From Octopus vulgaris (taxonomy: Eukaryota), in assembly GCA_951406725.2 (NCBI GenBank), contig OX597816.1, positions 119,288,001-119,352,000 on the forward strand: a stretch of 64,000 bases of DNA. Direction: 5' to 3'. Positions 14,321 to 29,689 of the stretch are shown one piece after another (position 1 is the stretch's first letter; every line of letters starts with the position of its first letter). The position numbers and the translations under genes are program-made. Below the pieces are notes generated by a model. The model saw only the letters and a program-made list of their open reading frames with translations, searched no databases and had not been told where the DNA came from.

Positions 14321-14590
14321 GCTGAAGGAGGAAATGTAACAATTCTTTCGGACTTTCCAGTACATTCAGACAGAACCACCAAAGTTAATAAACCGGATAC
14401 TGCTATGAAAAACCATGCGTATTCCTTGTGATTATAATATCTCGGCAAAAGAATTTGACAAGCTCAGAAAATATTAAAATTTGCTTACTGAAATAGAAAA
14501 ATTGTGGCATTCCAAAGCAGTTACAATACCGGTGATTGTAAGAGCAGTTGGAATGATCAAAGAATGGAGATGAAAGTAATTTGAGAATGA
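14321..14590 (+). mobile_element. R4/Dong-like restriction-like endonuclease domain fragment, decayed
   Basis: Manual translation with a frameshift: VTILSDFPVHSDRTTKVNKPD...IPCDYNISAKEFDKLRKY*NLLTEIEKLWHSKAVTIPVIVRAVGMIK. This fits the ILWDF..TDR...NRPD...K..KY..L..EI..W...PV..GA.G pattern. Confidence 0.75.
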
Positions 14591-15494
14591 TGGCTGGTTT
14601 ATTTTTTGTTTCTTTTACAATCTCGTTGTGTCTGTATTTTCCTTCAGGCAGTTTTAGACAGTTAATTAGCGCTTTCAGGCAAGTAGAGTTATGTCGGTTA
14701 CTTAAAAGTACAAAACAATTCCTAACCCGTAACCGAAACTTATGACCTTCGTGTCGAATGGCTGACACTATTTGCAATTTCGGACAATAGAAGAAATTTA
14801 AATAAATAAATATAAAAATAGAGAAAAGAAAGAAAGAAAGAAGGAAAGAAAGAAAGAAAATAGATCACTGGATTCATAATTTAACCTGCTCGTTGTATAA
14901 AAGGGAGCATTTACTGTGAACTGGCAATAATATATGAACTTCAGAAAAATAGAGATTTCTGGCAAATTTCCCCCTCGTCCCCTCTCTGTATAATACATTT
15001 CAAGGACTCCAAGGCATTTGCAGATCCCAGATTGTGAAGCGTTGTGATTGGAAACAGAGTGGCGAGATCAATATTAAGATTAAATTATATGTTTGGAGCC
15101 AGGAAGGTTTCACTTTCAGCGCTCAAGGGAGATAAAGTAATTAATATAATGGAATGCTGTGCTAGGCTTGTAGGAAGAAAGTCCCAGTGAACAGGTCGTG
15201 TCCTGTCAGAATGGCTGGACAACTGGGTCTTTGAGTCCGGTAGAAGCAGGTTGAAAAATGGGTTTTCATGTTTAGAGAAGAGAAAGCGATATAGACAAAA
15301 GGAGAGAGAGAGAGAAGTTATGGGTTGGTACTTTGGGGTTCATAATGTGATTGTATTGAATTTCCTATGTAGGGGCGTTTTCATTTCTTGCTCTTTTTTG
15401 TTTTGTTTTTGTATCATCGATGTCTGCTGCTAGTAGTGATGTACCTCATGGCATCATGCTGCAATAATTCTTGCTCTGCGTAACTTCCCTAATA

Positions 15495-15710
15495 ATCCTT
15501 TCAACTAAAGGCACAAGGCCTGAAATTTTGGGAGAAGGGACAAGTCGATTACAACGACCCCAGTGTTTCACTTGAACTTAATTTATCAACCCTGAGAAGA
15601 TTAAAGCCAAAGTTGACCTCGGCGGAATTTGGACTCAGAACTTGGCGACGGGCAAAATACCGCTAAGCATTTTGTTCAACGTGCTAACAATTCTGCTAGC
15701 TCGTCGCCTT
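15495..15710 (-). mobile_element. SINE family B, full length
   Basis: GGCACAAGGCCTGAAATTTTGGG...GACCTCGGCGGAATTTGGACTCAGAAC...AGCTCGTCGCC. Confidence 0.85.
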
Positions 15711-17328
15711 TGTCCCACCTTAATAATAGTCATGACATTTGGTCTATTTGGTCTCATATTTGAATGCCTAAAGTATTACACACACACACAAACACACATA
15801 CACAGGTAGATGGAATAGATGGATAAATGTAGATATAATTTAACAACTCTCACATTAACACATATACGCGTACACATATATCTATGCACACACACATATA
15901 TCTGTTCATGTATACGGATATATGCATCTTTGCATGCAGCATATTTGAACGAATAAATGCTTGTCAAACGGATTTGGGAGCAGACAGACGGACATACAGC
16001 CTGGAAAAGAGAGATAGATAAATAGATAAAAAAAAAAATTTTAACGAAAGAATAAAGCAGGACAGACTGACCGACAGGCAAACAGACAGGCAGGCAGACA
16101 GGCAAGGTAGCAAGCTAGCTGATCGGTAATGTGCAAAATTATTTTCGCTGTATGATATTTTCTTGTGAAGCTATGGAAAACATCAAACACCAACAAATGC
16201 TTTTGGAAAATGAGAGGAGAAAATGGCTGAGAATGATGGAACGACACATATTAGCAATTGCCGGAAGGAAGGCTGTGTAGGAAAGAAAAGGAAAACGAAA
16301 GGCAAGTAGTAAATAAAAAGAAAATGGAAGAAGGAGAATAGATAATCGAGGAAATAAACAGCAAGAATTGCTCGGAATCGGAATCAAGGAAATGAAGTGA
16401 AGAGATAAGTTAATAAAAGACCAGAGAAGTTCTATACGAACTAATTGCCATCTTTAAATAAATCCAATTTAGTGAATAATAAAGTAGTTTGCCACAGGAG
16501 TCGTTACAAATCATGTTCTATTGAGGCTCCTTTGTGGTGTACGTGTGAGTGTGTGTGTGTGGGGGGGAGGATATGTGTATGGATGTGTGTGGGTGAATAT
16601 ATGAGTGAGTGTGTGTGTGTGTGTGTGAATCTCTGTACATGGGTGGTTGTGTAGGATTGTGCGTGCACGTGTGTTTTCATATATGCATGTGTATATGTCT
16701 GTATGCGCGTTGTGTATTCATATATATATATATATATATATATAAGTGTGTATTATGTATGCATGTATGTACACGCACACACACATATAGAATATTTTTG
16801 CACGTGCAACAATGTGTGTCTGTGAGCATGCTCAGCGTCATTTACACATGTGTGTGTGTTCGTGTGTGTGTATAAGAGTGCCTGCGTATGTCTGGGGTTA
16901 TATGCACGCAACTCTGACTATATACGCAAGCGCGGCCAAATGGTTAAGAATTTCACTTCGCTTCGCACTCATGAGGTCGTGAGATCGATTCCGCTATATA
17001 ACATCTTTGTCATCGGAGATTGCTTAAGAATTTCGTCAAAGTTACAAATCTCCATGAAATACTCAATCATTTTCATTATGTAACTCAGTCGAACAATATG
17101 AAATACTCTTTGGTAAAACCGACGGAAATCCATTTATTTATGCATAACTGTATACCTCTTTTAATTGTTTCAGCCTCTACAATGGTTGATCATCCCGACC
17201 CGAGTACTTATTTTCAGGTCTTACTTATTTTATCAGTTTCTTTTATTGAACCGATAATGTCAACATAAGCAAACCAACACTGGTAAAACACATATATGGG
17301 GTAAAACATACACACACAAATACACACG

Positions 17329-17389
<61 letters not shown>

Positions 17390-17424
17390 CACAAACACGA
17401 CACAAACACACACACGCAATCCAT

Positions 17425-17572
17425 ATTAGTAAGAAATTTGTCTTCCAGCTACATGGTTCTGGGCTCAGTCCCAATGCGTGGCACTTTGGGCAAATACCTT
17501 CTCCTAGGCCCCTGAGCCGACCAAAGCCTTTTAAGTGTATTTGGTAGATGGAAAGTGAAAGAAGCTAGTCGT
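17425..17572 (+). mobile_element. SINE family A, 5' half (a minus-strand 3'-half fragment lies at about 17150-17290)
   Basis: CATGGTTCTGGGCTCAGTCCC...GCCGACCAAAGCC...GAAAGAAGCTAGTCG. Confidence 0.8.
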
Positions 17573-18179
17573 ATATATATATATATATATATATATATTA
17601 CCCTCAGGGGCGCTAGTGTTGGTATATTCGGGAATAAGTCACTAACCGAAATATGTGGATCTATTGTTTAGGAAAATACTATTTACTTGTTTAAGCGTTG
17701 TACAGGTTAAATTGCGAAAATAACTCAAATAGTCCAAATACTAAGAAATAAGCATATTCAATTTGAGTTATACAAAATAATTTACGAACATAAATGGGTT
17801 ATTTTCCTTGACTATATATAAGGATCCCTTTCGGAGGCGAATGGATTATTTCCCTTGGATGTTTAAAAATAATATATTAGTTATATGTAGTAGATATAAG
17901 AATCCCTTCCAGTTGCCCTATTATCGATTATATTCAACAATCTAAGTATGTCACTGGTTTTCCAGACATGAGTTCTACTCACGTGTCATGTTTCATCAAA
18001 ATCCATAAAACGATGTAGGAGGAGTTAGATAACAACGCCACAAACAAACGCACCCACAGATTTCCACATATGTAGTAGATATACGTGTGTTTGTGTGTGT
18101 GTATGTGTGTGTGTGTTGTGTGTGTGTATTGTGTGAGCATGCGCGTTTGTATTTGTGTTTGTCCCCACCGCAAATTTTA

Positions 18180-18499
18180 TTTTAGACCATTTTATTTTGA
18201 GGGCTCTGTAACGGGTGATTCGTATCTGGACATGCTCGGCAACAAGATGATGCCTCTCGTGCATTCACTTGGAAGGGGAAATCCTGTCTAGTTTCAGCAG
18301 GATGGGGTTCCGCCCATTTATTCATCACAGGTTCGTGATTTTCTGAATGAACATTTTCCTGGGAAATGTCTCGGGCATCGCGGCCCAATTGAATATTTAG
18401 AGCTACATGGCCAACACTTTGAACATTTGTAATGGATTACCTACTTTATTGCTAATAAAGCATATTTTGATATCTCCCATGAAGCGTGACTTTGTGGTC

Positions 18500-18505
<6 letters not shown>
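18180..18505 (+). mobile_element. Tc1/mariner-superfamily transposase fragment (rosa/DD41D-like) with right end
   Basis: PFYFEGSVTGDSYLDMLGNKMMPL...V*FQQDGVPPIYSSQVRDFLNEHFPGKCLGHRGPIE, then an internal deletion. Ends ...GGTCACCCTA next to a (TA)n tract. The third catalytic residue is deleted, so the family call is tentative. Confidence 0.75.
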
Positions 18506-18542
<37 letters not shown>

Positions 18543-18544
18543 TT

Positions 18545-18712
18545 ACGACGGTCTTCTTTCGGATTCCATCTATCAAATCCACTCACAAGGCTTTGGTCGG
18601 CTTGGGGTTATATTAGAAGACATTTATTTACGCAAGGTACTACGCAGCAGAACTGAACCAGGAACCATGTGGTTGAGAAACAAGCTTCTTACCAGACAGC
18701 CTCGCATGTGCC
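18545..18712 (-). mobile_element. SINE family A, 5' half
   Basis: CAAATCCACTCACAAGGCTTTGGTCGGC...GAACCATGTGGTTG. Confidence 0.8.
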
Positions 18713-20618
18713 TATGTTTGTCTATGTGTATGTATAAAATTCTAAATGTGTATATAAGCTGTCATTCGACATACACCAGTGTGTACGTGAGGACTGAAAT
18801 GTGTGCATATGTGTACTTCTGAATATACCACTAAGTATGGATGATCATCCCACTTTGTATGAGCATCATCGTGTAAGCACGTATTTACACGCAAATGTGT
18901 GTCTATGTATGGATGTATAAATATATATTGATACGTGTTCCTACACATATATGTGAATGTACTTCAGTTATATTCTTCTTTTTTAATATTAGTGTGTATG
19001 TATGTATGTATATGTGAGGTTTGTACGTGTGTATGCATAGTGTATGCCTTTGCATTGGTTACCGTGCGTATATTTTGTCTGCGCATGAGTATGTGCTTGT
19101 GTGTGTTCGCCTGTGTAATGTGTATGTATGTCTGTATGTGTATGAGTGTGTATATACGTGCGTGTGTAGTTAACCGAATCAAAAGATTGCAATCGGATGA
19201 AATTGCAGTTCTACTTGATCCGCTGCAGGCATTTAACAGCTCATATTTGTATGAATTAACAGTGAAAGGTCGGCACTGTTGTTTGGCGTTTTATTCTCTC
19301 TCTTTTTTGTTTTTGTTGTTGTTGTTGTTGCTGTTTTGCTTGTTGTTGTTGTTGTCGTTGTTCTTGTTGTTTCCTTCCTTTCTTTCCACCCACCGATTGC
19401 TACAAACATCACTTTTCTAGTGAAACGCTTAGTTGAATTGATGCTGAGAGATAGAGTAGTGTTAGAAATACAGAACAAATACAGAGATATAAAGAGATAC
19501 AGAGATGTAAAGCTATAGAGATATAAAGATATAGAGATGGATATAAATATAAATATAAATAGAGGGAGTGAAAGAGAGAGAGCTAGTCTTTATTGCAGCG
19601 ATGCTGAACTATATATCGAGAATCTATCTATTCATTATCACTTATCACCAACATTGGACATAAAGATATTAGAATAATTGAATAGTTAAATTCGATTAGG
19701 CTTTTACATAAAGACCGTGCGCCTGTGACGTAGCATTTCATCAACACGAATCAACACAACCAATCATCATCCAGAGATTAAACCTGCATTTTTAGATGAA
19801 AAAGATCGCAATTTGCTAATTTAATTTTCAATTTGGTCGCCATTACTCGTTCGCATTGAACAGTGTAGAAGCGGTGGCTCTAAAGTCTTATTAGTATTCA
19901 GCGAAAAACGACAAGAAACGCTTCAGCTAGATTAAGCTATTAGCATAAGAATACGTAAAGACGACGGTGAAGGAACGAAGGAAGGATAGAAAGAAGGAAG
20001 GAAGGAACGAAGGAAGGAAAGAAAGAAAGAAAGAAAGAAGGAAGAAAGGTGGGAAGGAGGATGGCCACGATGTAGAGGGAACATGGAGGTGGAGGGCGGT
20101 TGGAGCGAAATGTGTTATAAATGTTTCGAATAGCTGAGTCAATGGCTACAGAAGCCGCCACTTCTACAACCGCCATTGCTGTCGTTATGAAGAGCCGCAA
20201 AAAGGAGGAGGAGAAGAAGAAGAAGAAGAAGAAGAAGAAGAAGAAGAAGAAGAAGAAGAAGAAGAAGAAGAAGAAGAAGAAGAAGAAGAAGAAGAATAGC
20301 AACAACAACAACAACAACAACAGCAGTAGCAGCAGCGGCAGTACCACCACCACCACCACCAACAAGAACAGATGTACAGTCTGATGCTATTTTTCTTCAG
20401 GCCGTGATCGTTCAAATTAGCAAATGAAAGCATCCCCTTGTGACCGATCTGAAAGTCGATGGGCGACCAATTAAAAGGAAGAACGTATCTTAGAAAGAAC
20501 GGCGGAGTTCACCGTGAAAAGATGTATAGAATGCAGAGAGCATAGAGAGATATAAATAGAGAGATAAATCAGTACGTGAATATATATAGAGACGTGTGTG
20601 CGTTTCAGCCTCTTTCCG

Positions 20619-20702
<84 letters not shown>

Positions 20703-20814
20703 GGGGTGCGTGTGTGTGTATAAGCAGAGAGAGAGGTTTGGAAAGCTCTGATAGTTACATGGAAATATAATTTGACAGAATATGTGTGTGCGTATGTAAG
20801 CCAGTGTATATGTG

Positions 20815-20851
<37 letters not shown>

Positions 20852-20878
20852 ATGTATTCCTCTCGCTCTTTCTTTCTC

Positions 20879-20932
<54 letters not shown>

Positions 20933-21006
20933 AGAAAGCGAAAAGGGAGAGATAGCTTAGATGGATAGATGAATAGTGGATACTTACATATGTGTGCGTG
21001 AGTGCA

Positions 21007-21086
<80 letters not shown>

Positions 21087-22146
21087 GCTGACAGAGAGAC
21101 TGACAGACTGAAGCAGAGACAAAGAGTGGGATAAATATAAAATCAGATAGATTGGAAAAGACACTACGTGTGATTTCGTGTTTATGTATATGTATATATG
21201 TGTACGTATAAAAGTGTGTATGTGTGTGCTTTTGTGCCTGTGTGAGTGCACGTGCAAGGTAGATAGGTGAGTATGGAGAGAAGGAGAAAGATAGAGAGAG
21301 AGAGCTGAGAAAAGTAAGAAAGTGATTAGAGAAGAGTGATTGTATGAATGAGCGAATGAATCAGTGAATGAGTAGGGTGAGTAAGTGAGTAAGTGAGTGA
21401 GTGAGTGAGTGAGTTAGAAAGAGAGAAACTGTAGAATAAAAGATCGACGAACTGGCATTCCCTTGCGATCTGAGAAGACGCTGTTTAGTATACAACAAAG
21501 TGACGTCGACGAAATAAAAACATTAGCTGGTTGAGCTTAACTCTCTTAATAGCACCGTCGCCGCCATCATCGCGTTAAACCAGATTTGCAGAAGAATGAA
21601 CGACAAGCGTCGTTCTCTTCTCATCATTCTCTAATTCACATCCAGCTTCCTTCACCTCTTTCTTTTCTTCTTTTGCTTTCTCTTCTATTTTCTCCTCTTA
21701 TTCATACACCTCTTTTTCTCCTTTCTCTTCTACTTTTTCTTTTCCTCCGTCTCCGTCTCCGTCTTCTTTCTTTTCTTCTTCCTCTTCGTCTTTTCTCTTC
21801 TTCTTACTCCCTTCTTCCTCCTCCTCTGTTTCTTCTTCTTGTGCACCAGTTGGGATGTCAATAGAATACGGTAACGCTTTCAGAGATAGAGGTATAGAAG
21901 AGGGGGAGTGATGGAAGAAACTGCAGGATGGTGGTCGGGCAGGGGGAGTGAAATCGGTTTAGATTATTTTGTGTTGTTATTTTTCAGGGTGTTTTATTGG
22001 GAGGAGGTGTATTGATTGGTCTTAATCTTGCCCTTAACGCAATCGTAGAAGACATAAAATATATAAAAGTAAACAAAAAAAAGAGAAATTACGAAGCAAA
22101 AACTCAAATGAAAAGATATGTGTGAATGTGTGTGGATGTATGTGTA

Positions 22147-22192
<46 letters not shown>

Positions 22193-22304
22193 AGAAAGGA
22201 ACAAAAATGGAGAAAGCAAGATACGAACAGAAAAGAAGAGATATAAGAGAGAGGAAAGAGAGAAGTGATATGAATTTCTTTTGAGAAACAAACAAAACAC
22301 ATAC

Positions 22305-22340
<36 letters not shown>

Positions 22341-23187
22341 ACACATACGTACACACACACACACACGTACACTCACATACACACACATACACACGAAATC
22401 AGGAAGGAAAGAAAGCAAAAAAAAACAATGAAAAGATATGTGAGACAAGATACAGAAGGAAACAGGCGGGAAAGAAAGACGAAAATGAAACAAGAAGAAG
22501 GAAGTGAGGGGAAATTCTTTGGTGGTGGAGAAATAACAACAAAAATATTGCAAGAGAACATGAAAAGACGAGCGTAAGAGAAAAAGCGGGAAAGGTGGAG
22601 AGAAAATACAGAGAGAGCGAGAGAGAAAAAGACAGAGAGGAGAACACAGTGAAAGAGAGAACGAGCAAGCGAGAGGGAGAGAGAGAGAAACAAAAGAGAG
22701 AGAGAGAGAGGGAGGGAGGTTCGGTGGGTGGTTGACTAGAGAAAGTCTTCTGGGAAACACTATTGTGAAATTCGCTTTTTATTTGCCTCATTTTTCTTGC
22801 CAGCATTTGTCCTCGGTTAAATCCTCAACTAAGCTGTTTTTTCTCCAAATCTCTGCCACATGATTAGTCTGATTTCCCACCATCTTCATCTTCTTCTTGC
22901 CAATGATACACTCACACACTATATGTGTTTGTGTGTTTTTTTTGTGTGTTTGTTTTTATTTTTCTTTCTTTTTTTCTCTACATTTCTCTTTTTTTTTTTT
23001 ATTCTTGCTTTCATTTTTTTTTTTTTTTTTTACTTCGTTTTCTCATTGATTTTCTTTGTCGATATACATATATACACGTGTGTGTGTGTGTGTGTGTTTT
23101 TATGGATACAAAGATAGATAGATGCTATTTGTAGATATGTATAATTTGCTATATACATACATACACACATTGCTATGTACATGCGTG

Positions 23188-23233
<46 letters not shown>

Positions 23234-23544
23234 TGTGTGTGAAGTTTTTCTCATATCCAGTTCATTTCATTCAGCGCATCATTGCCACATAACACATACA
23301 CATACATATGTGCATAGACACACACACATACACACACAAGCACATACAGTTCATATCAGTCACTTTCATCCGAGTTGCTTCAGCTATTGTGTACAAATAA
23401 CACCAAAATATCATTACAGCGTATACAAATACATTTCAAGTACTGTTATAATCAAACGATAAATTACTAAACGCACTGAAACTTCACTGAAAGACAAACA
23501 CCATTATCACAGAACACATATACACCTACTAACATACACGCACA

Positions 23545-23616
<72 letters not shown>

Positions 23617-23828
23617 TACAGACATATATAATTTTTGTTCTCGTTTCACTTGCACGTGTTTTCAACTATAATTGGTATCGACCTACTTCAGGCCTAATTT
23701 TAGAGTTGCACTTATTTTATTGATCTCTACATATCGAACAGCTATCTTACGATTTTCTGACATTAAAAGCTCCACTCGACCACAGTATGTCTGTGTATTA
23801 TATCAAACGTATATCACACGCACACACT

Positions 23829-23866
<38 letters not shown>

Positions 23867-24021
23867 CATAAATACTGCGCGCGCACACACACACACATAT
23901 ATGTATACAAATACATATACAAATATATATTTGTAAAAATCTAATGATTTGTAAGCATTTAGTTATTAAAGTCGAAAATATCAGAAAAGCCATTCCTATT
24001 CATTTTATCAAATGCATCCAA

Positions 24022-24061
<40 letters not shown>

Positions 24062-24242
24062 GTGCGTGTTTGTGTGTGTATATATCTATGTATATATATA
24101 TATGTATCCATACATACATATATATATATCTATATATATACACACACTCACACACATAAATATATACACACACATATATATATATATATACACACACATT
24201 CATATACACACATACACACACGAGATAATGAAATACCTGAAA

Positions 24243-24273
<31 letters not shown>

Positions 24274-24575
24274 ATCTGATTATTCCTATTCATTGAAGAG
24301 ATCGAATGTTTAAGAACTGTCTGACGTATAAATCACGTGCGCTAGTGTGCAAGATTCGATTATCGAACACTTACAATTATATGTACTTACCTCTTCGATC
24401 TCGCCACACACACACTCATAGATTGTAGTAATCTATATATAACACATAATGAAATTCACTTCCGGTTTAGCTCATATAAGTTTCTTTTCCCTTTATTTCT
24501 AATCAATTAATCATCAACTAACCTACATGCCTATGAATCCATCTCCTTCTCCCTCATACATACATATATATAATG

Positions 24576-24633
<58 letters not shown>

Positions 24634-24907
24634 GTATATATACGTATATATATATGCATATACATATATATATTTACATACATACGTATATATGTATTAT
24701 GTATTTATCTATTTATATGTGTATGTATGCATATATATATCAACATCTTTCTCTCTCTCTCTCTCTTCCTTTCCGGTACACACACACGCACACATACACA
24801 CACACACTCATGTATACACATACATACGTCGATATTTAGATAGGAATCGGCATACATAGTTCGTATTTTTGTTTAGTTACCATTCTGCACCTTTTTTTCT
24901 TACCCCG

Positions 24908-24962
<55 letters not shown>

Positions 24963-25235
24963 CTGAAATACCAAAGCAGGAAATTGAAAAAAAATTTTGG
25001 TCTATTATTTATTCACCTTTACACGTGTTTCATTTGCTAAGAGGAGTTAGAAAATTGTACTTGTAGGAGAAACACGTAAGATATCTTTTATTAGAGTCAA
25101 ATAATACTCTGCAAAAAATATTCTCCAGTATTTTTTCACACAGATATAACATCCGCACACTGGTTTGGAATACTGGAATAAGCAGATGTGCTCCAATGGG
25201 ACACAGCTCGGATTATAACCCTATCTACATAATAT

Positions 25236-26406
<1,171 letters not shown>

Positions 26407-26692
26407 GTTGTTTGGAGTCAGTTTTGTTTTTTCAGCCAATGTTCATTCAGTAAATGGGTTTAGAAATAGTGCAATAAATTAACTTTTTGGACGTTCGATT
26501 TTGTTGATCGCTATATAACACTTGTTAATTGATGTGCTTCACTGGGAATGTAAGATGATGTCCGTAATGACTTCATCTCCGTTAATCATTTATCATCTAT
26601 GTTTGGACCGATTGGCTAAAATATTTGTTTTCACCTATCATACCGGGTACACACACACACTCACACACACACACGCACACACAATACATACG

Positions 26693-26758
<66 letters not shown>

Positions 26759-27055
26759 AAGTATAGAAGCCATCTTATCATGGCTAACCACATTAGGGAG
26801 GGGGTTGTTACTGTAGCTTTATAGCCCCAAGAGATCTTCGTCTCTAGCTGGCTCTAAACACAATATCTGTGTCTTTGGAGTGTTTGCAAAGGGAGGCCAT
26901 CCCTTCCTCGCAACCCTGAGTGATTGGCTCGAACTAGTTTCGGAATGTTTGTCCCTCGTCAACGGGCGGCAACCACCAGGTAGCGATGGAAGTGAAGGCT
27001 CCTTTGCAAACAGATATAAGTTTTTCTAATGGCGTCTGCCACTGATGTCGAAAAA

Positions 27056-27110
<55 letters not shown>

Positions 27111-27126
27111 AGAGAGAGAGAGAGAG

Positions 27127-27192
<66 letters not shown>

Positions 27193-27532
27193 GCGTATAT
27201 GAAATGTGTTTTGTCAGTGTGTTTTGCCGCCTGAATAAACGCATAGAATCAAGCAGCAAGGAACAGGGACGAACAGAATCAACGAATGCGTATGAGAACA
27301 TGAAATGTACTTTGTTTATTGAGTACTTTTCTCTCTCACTCACACTCCCAAACGGGCGCGCACGTGTGCGTTTTTGTGTGCTTTTTGTGTGAAGTTAAAA
27401 TGAAGGATTACTCAATACTTATTTGTAGAGTTCATATAATTATGTTTTCCTCAGAGAAGTTTCGAAGTATCAGCTTATAACTTGTTATCAGACTTATCAT
27501 TTCACAACAACACCTGCTAAGCTGGAACTTCG

Positions 27533-27562
<30 letters not shown>

Positions 27563-27570
<8 letters not shown>

Positions 27571-27930
27571 ATATCTTTTCCGTCTGTATGTGTGTGTGTC
27601 TTCTAGGATCTCAGGTATCCTCCATCCGATTGTGCTCAAATTTGATTTGTAGATACCAACGGTATCAGGGCGTGTATAAGTCTTGAAAAAATTACAAAAT
27701 TCAATTCCAGGTGAGAATGCGATCGATAGAGTGAATAAAATCGTTTTTCGTTGGAATAGAAAATAAAGTCTATCTTTATTTCTTCTTTGGCTGGTGTCTC
27801 AACTTTAGGTTAAATCAGTGTTTCTCAAAGGGGAGTCCTTTGGGATAGTCGGACAAGTTGTTTTGAGAAAATCTGGTTTAAATGTTTAACAACTCAGCAC
27901 CGTCCATTGGACGGGGTGGTGTTTTGCTCG
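27563..27930 (+). mobile_element. Possible non-autonomous Helitron in a (TA)n tract
   Basis: 3' hairpin CCGTCC-ATT-GGACGG (27900-27914) about 12 nt before CTCG|T, a variant of CTAG. The 5' part has a TCCGTCTGTATGTGTG microsatellite and CCGATTGTGCTCAAATTTG, as seen in small Helitrons. The 5' boundary is uncertain. Confidence 0.5.
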
Positions 27931-27961
<31 letters not shown>

Positions 27962-28155
27962 ACAAAGATTTAATATCCAGGCTTTATTATACAGTTAATC
28001 ACATCTTTCTTTGTCAGAAACTACACGTGTTTCCGCTGCAAGCCGGTGCACATTGCAAATTGTGCATCTTGGTGTCAATCACCGGTGGCCAGCATTGATG
28101 GCCAGCATTGTGAGCGAGTTTGTTTCGCAGAAACTAAAACCGGTTCGAAGCCGAT

Positions 28156-28223
<68 letters not shown>

Positions 28224-28234
28224 AGGGGAGATCT

Positions 28235-28641
28235 GGAGTGTTAGGGAGTCTCTGCCTTGAACAAACCGATCCCAGTACATATTTTTCAAGTCTTGTACTT
28301 ATTCCTACGATCTCTTCTGCGAAAACGCTTATGTTACGGGGACGTAAGTGAACCAACACCGGGTATAAAGTAATGGCGGAGGAGAAAAATAAAGACATAA
28401 TACATATATACATACATACATACATACATACATACATACATACATACATGGATAGATGGATGGATTGATGGATGGATGCATGGATGGGTGAATGTATAGA
28501 CAAGTTTCCACACAGTTTCCGTCAACAAAATTCACCCACAAAGCATTGTTCGGCCAGGGGCTAACCAGGAATTCACTTGTTCAATCTGCATCCGAAACCA
28601 CATTGTTGCAAAGCGAGCTTCTTAACCACACAGCCATGCCT
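28235..28641 (-). mobile_element. SINE family A, diverged
   Basis: GTTACGGGGACGTAA, internal (ATAC)n, CAGTTTCCGTC and CTTAACCACACAGCCATGCC. Confidence 0.7.
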
Positions 28642-29270
28642 TAAACAGAATATAGAATATACAGTCTCAACGATGTTGATAATGTGCGAAGCGAAGGACA
28701 TTGGCAGAAAGGAGAAATATTCCAACAGATGATTTTATTTAATCCTCAGCTTCGTGCTGCGGTTTTCCGAAGCGTAATGATACTACTTCCTGAAAAGGTA
28801 CGGTCTAATCATGAACGAAAACATCAGAATTTCTCAAAATATACCTGAAGAGTATGAAGGGAAAAAATCGTGGAATTTACCAGTTTATGATCAACGCCAG
28901 GATGGAAAGAAATTATGAGCTCGGGGTAAAAAAACATCAGCACAAAGGACAATTAATATTCGATTTGACATCAAATAGCTGTCAAAATGGTGTATATAAA
29001 AAACAATAACTCGATACCGTTTTGTTTTGTTTCGTTTTTAATTATTGGACACGAAAACAATGCACAAAGGGAAATATTCCACCTGGTGTACTTGTGTATA
29101 GCATAGACAGACTTTATTTCTTTTTTTATAAATTGCACATATGCTCAATATATACATGTAAAGAGTCTCACAAAGTGTAGTTTACACAAATGTATACACA
29201 CTCACACACACACACACACATATATATAGCTTTGTTTTTTTTCACCTCGTCTTCTTGTTATTCTTTTACA

Positions 29271-29322
<52 letters not shown>

Positions 29323-29339
29323 TAATATTCCTGTGAGTA

Positions 29340-29430
29340 TTATATGACTAACATCTGTTCTCATGACTATTCTATGACTAACATTTATTTCTATGACATT
29401 TCCGTGACTAACATCTGTTTCTATGACTCC
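29340..29430 (+). repeat. Minisatellite, about 29-30-bp unit x3
   Basis: (T/G)GACTAACAT(C/T)T(G/A)TT..TATGAC repeated three times. Confidence 0.75.
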
Positions 29431-29652
29431 CATCATGAACTTGAAATATATACGTAGAATAAGTTTATCTCCTGATATATATTTAAAAACAAAAACAACT
29501 GTGACTGGTTATTGTTACATATAAAACAATGCAGTACTTGAGATGTTTAAAAAAAAAACCTGATTTACTTGATATACAAATGTTCTGATATATTTAACTT
29601 AAAGTGTGATCGTATCTTAAATATATCTATAATATATACTATCTGTATATAC

Positions 29653-29689
<37 letters not shown>

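Noticed and set aside
17820-17915. GGATCCCTTTCGG resembling the Merlin-like TIR
   Set aside because: No matching inverted partner or TSD was found.
20380-20530. Possible exon after TTTTTCTTCAG
   Set aside because: No convincing donor site or recognisable peptide, so it cannot be supported without transcript data.
29340-29430. CRISPR-like short repeats
   Set aside because: No unique spacers, no cas genes and a eukaryotic context. It is a simple minisatellite.
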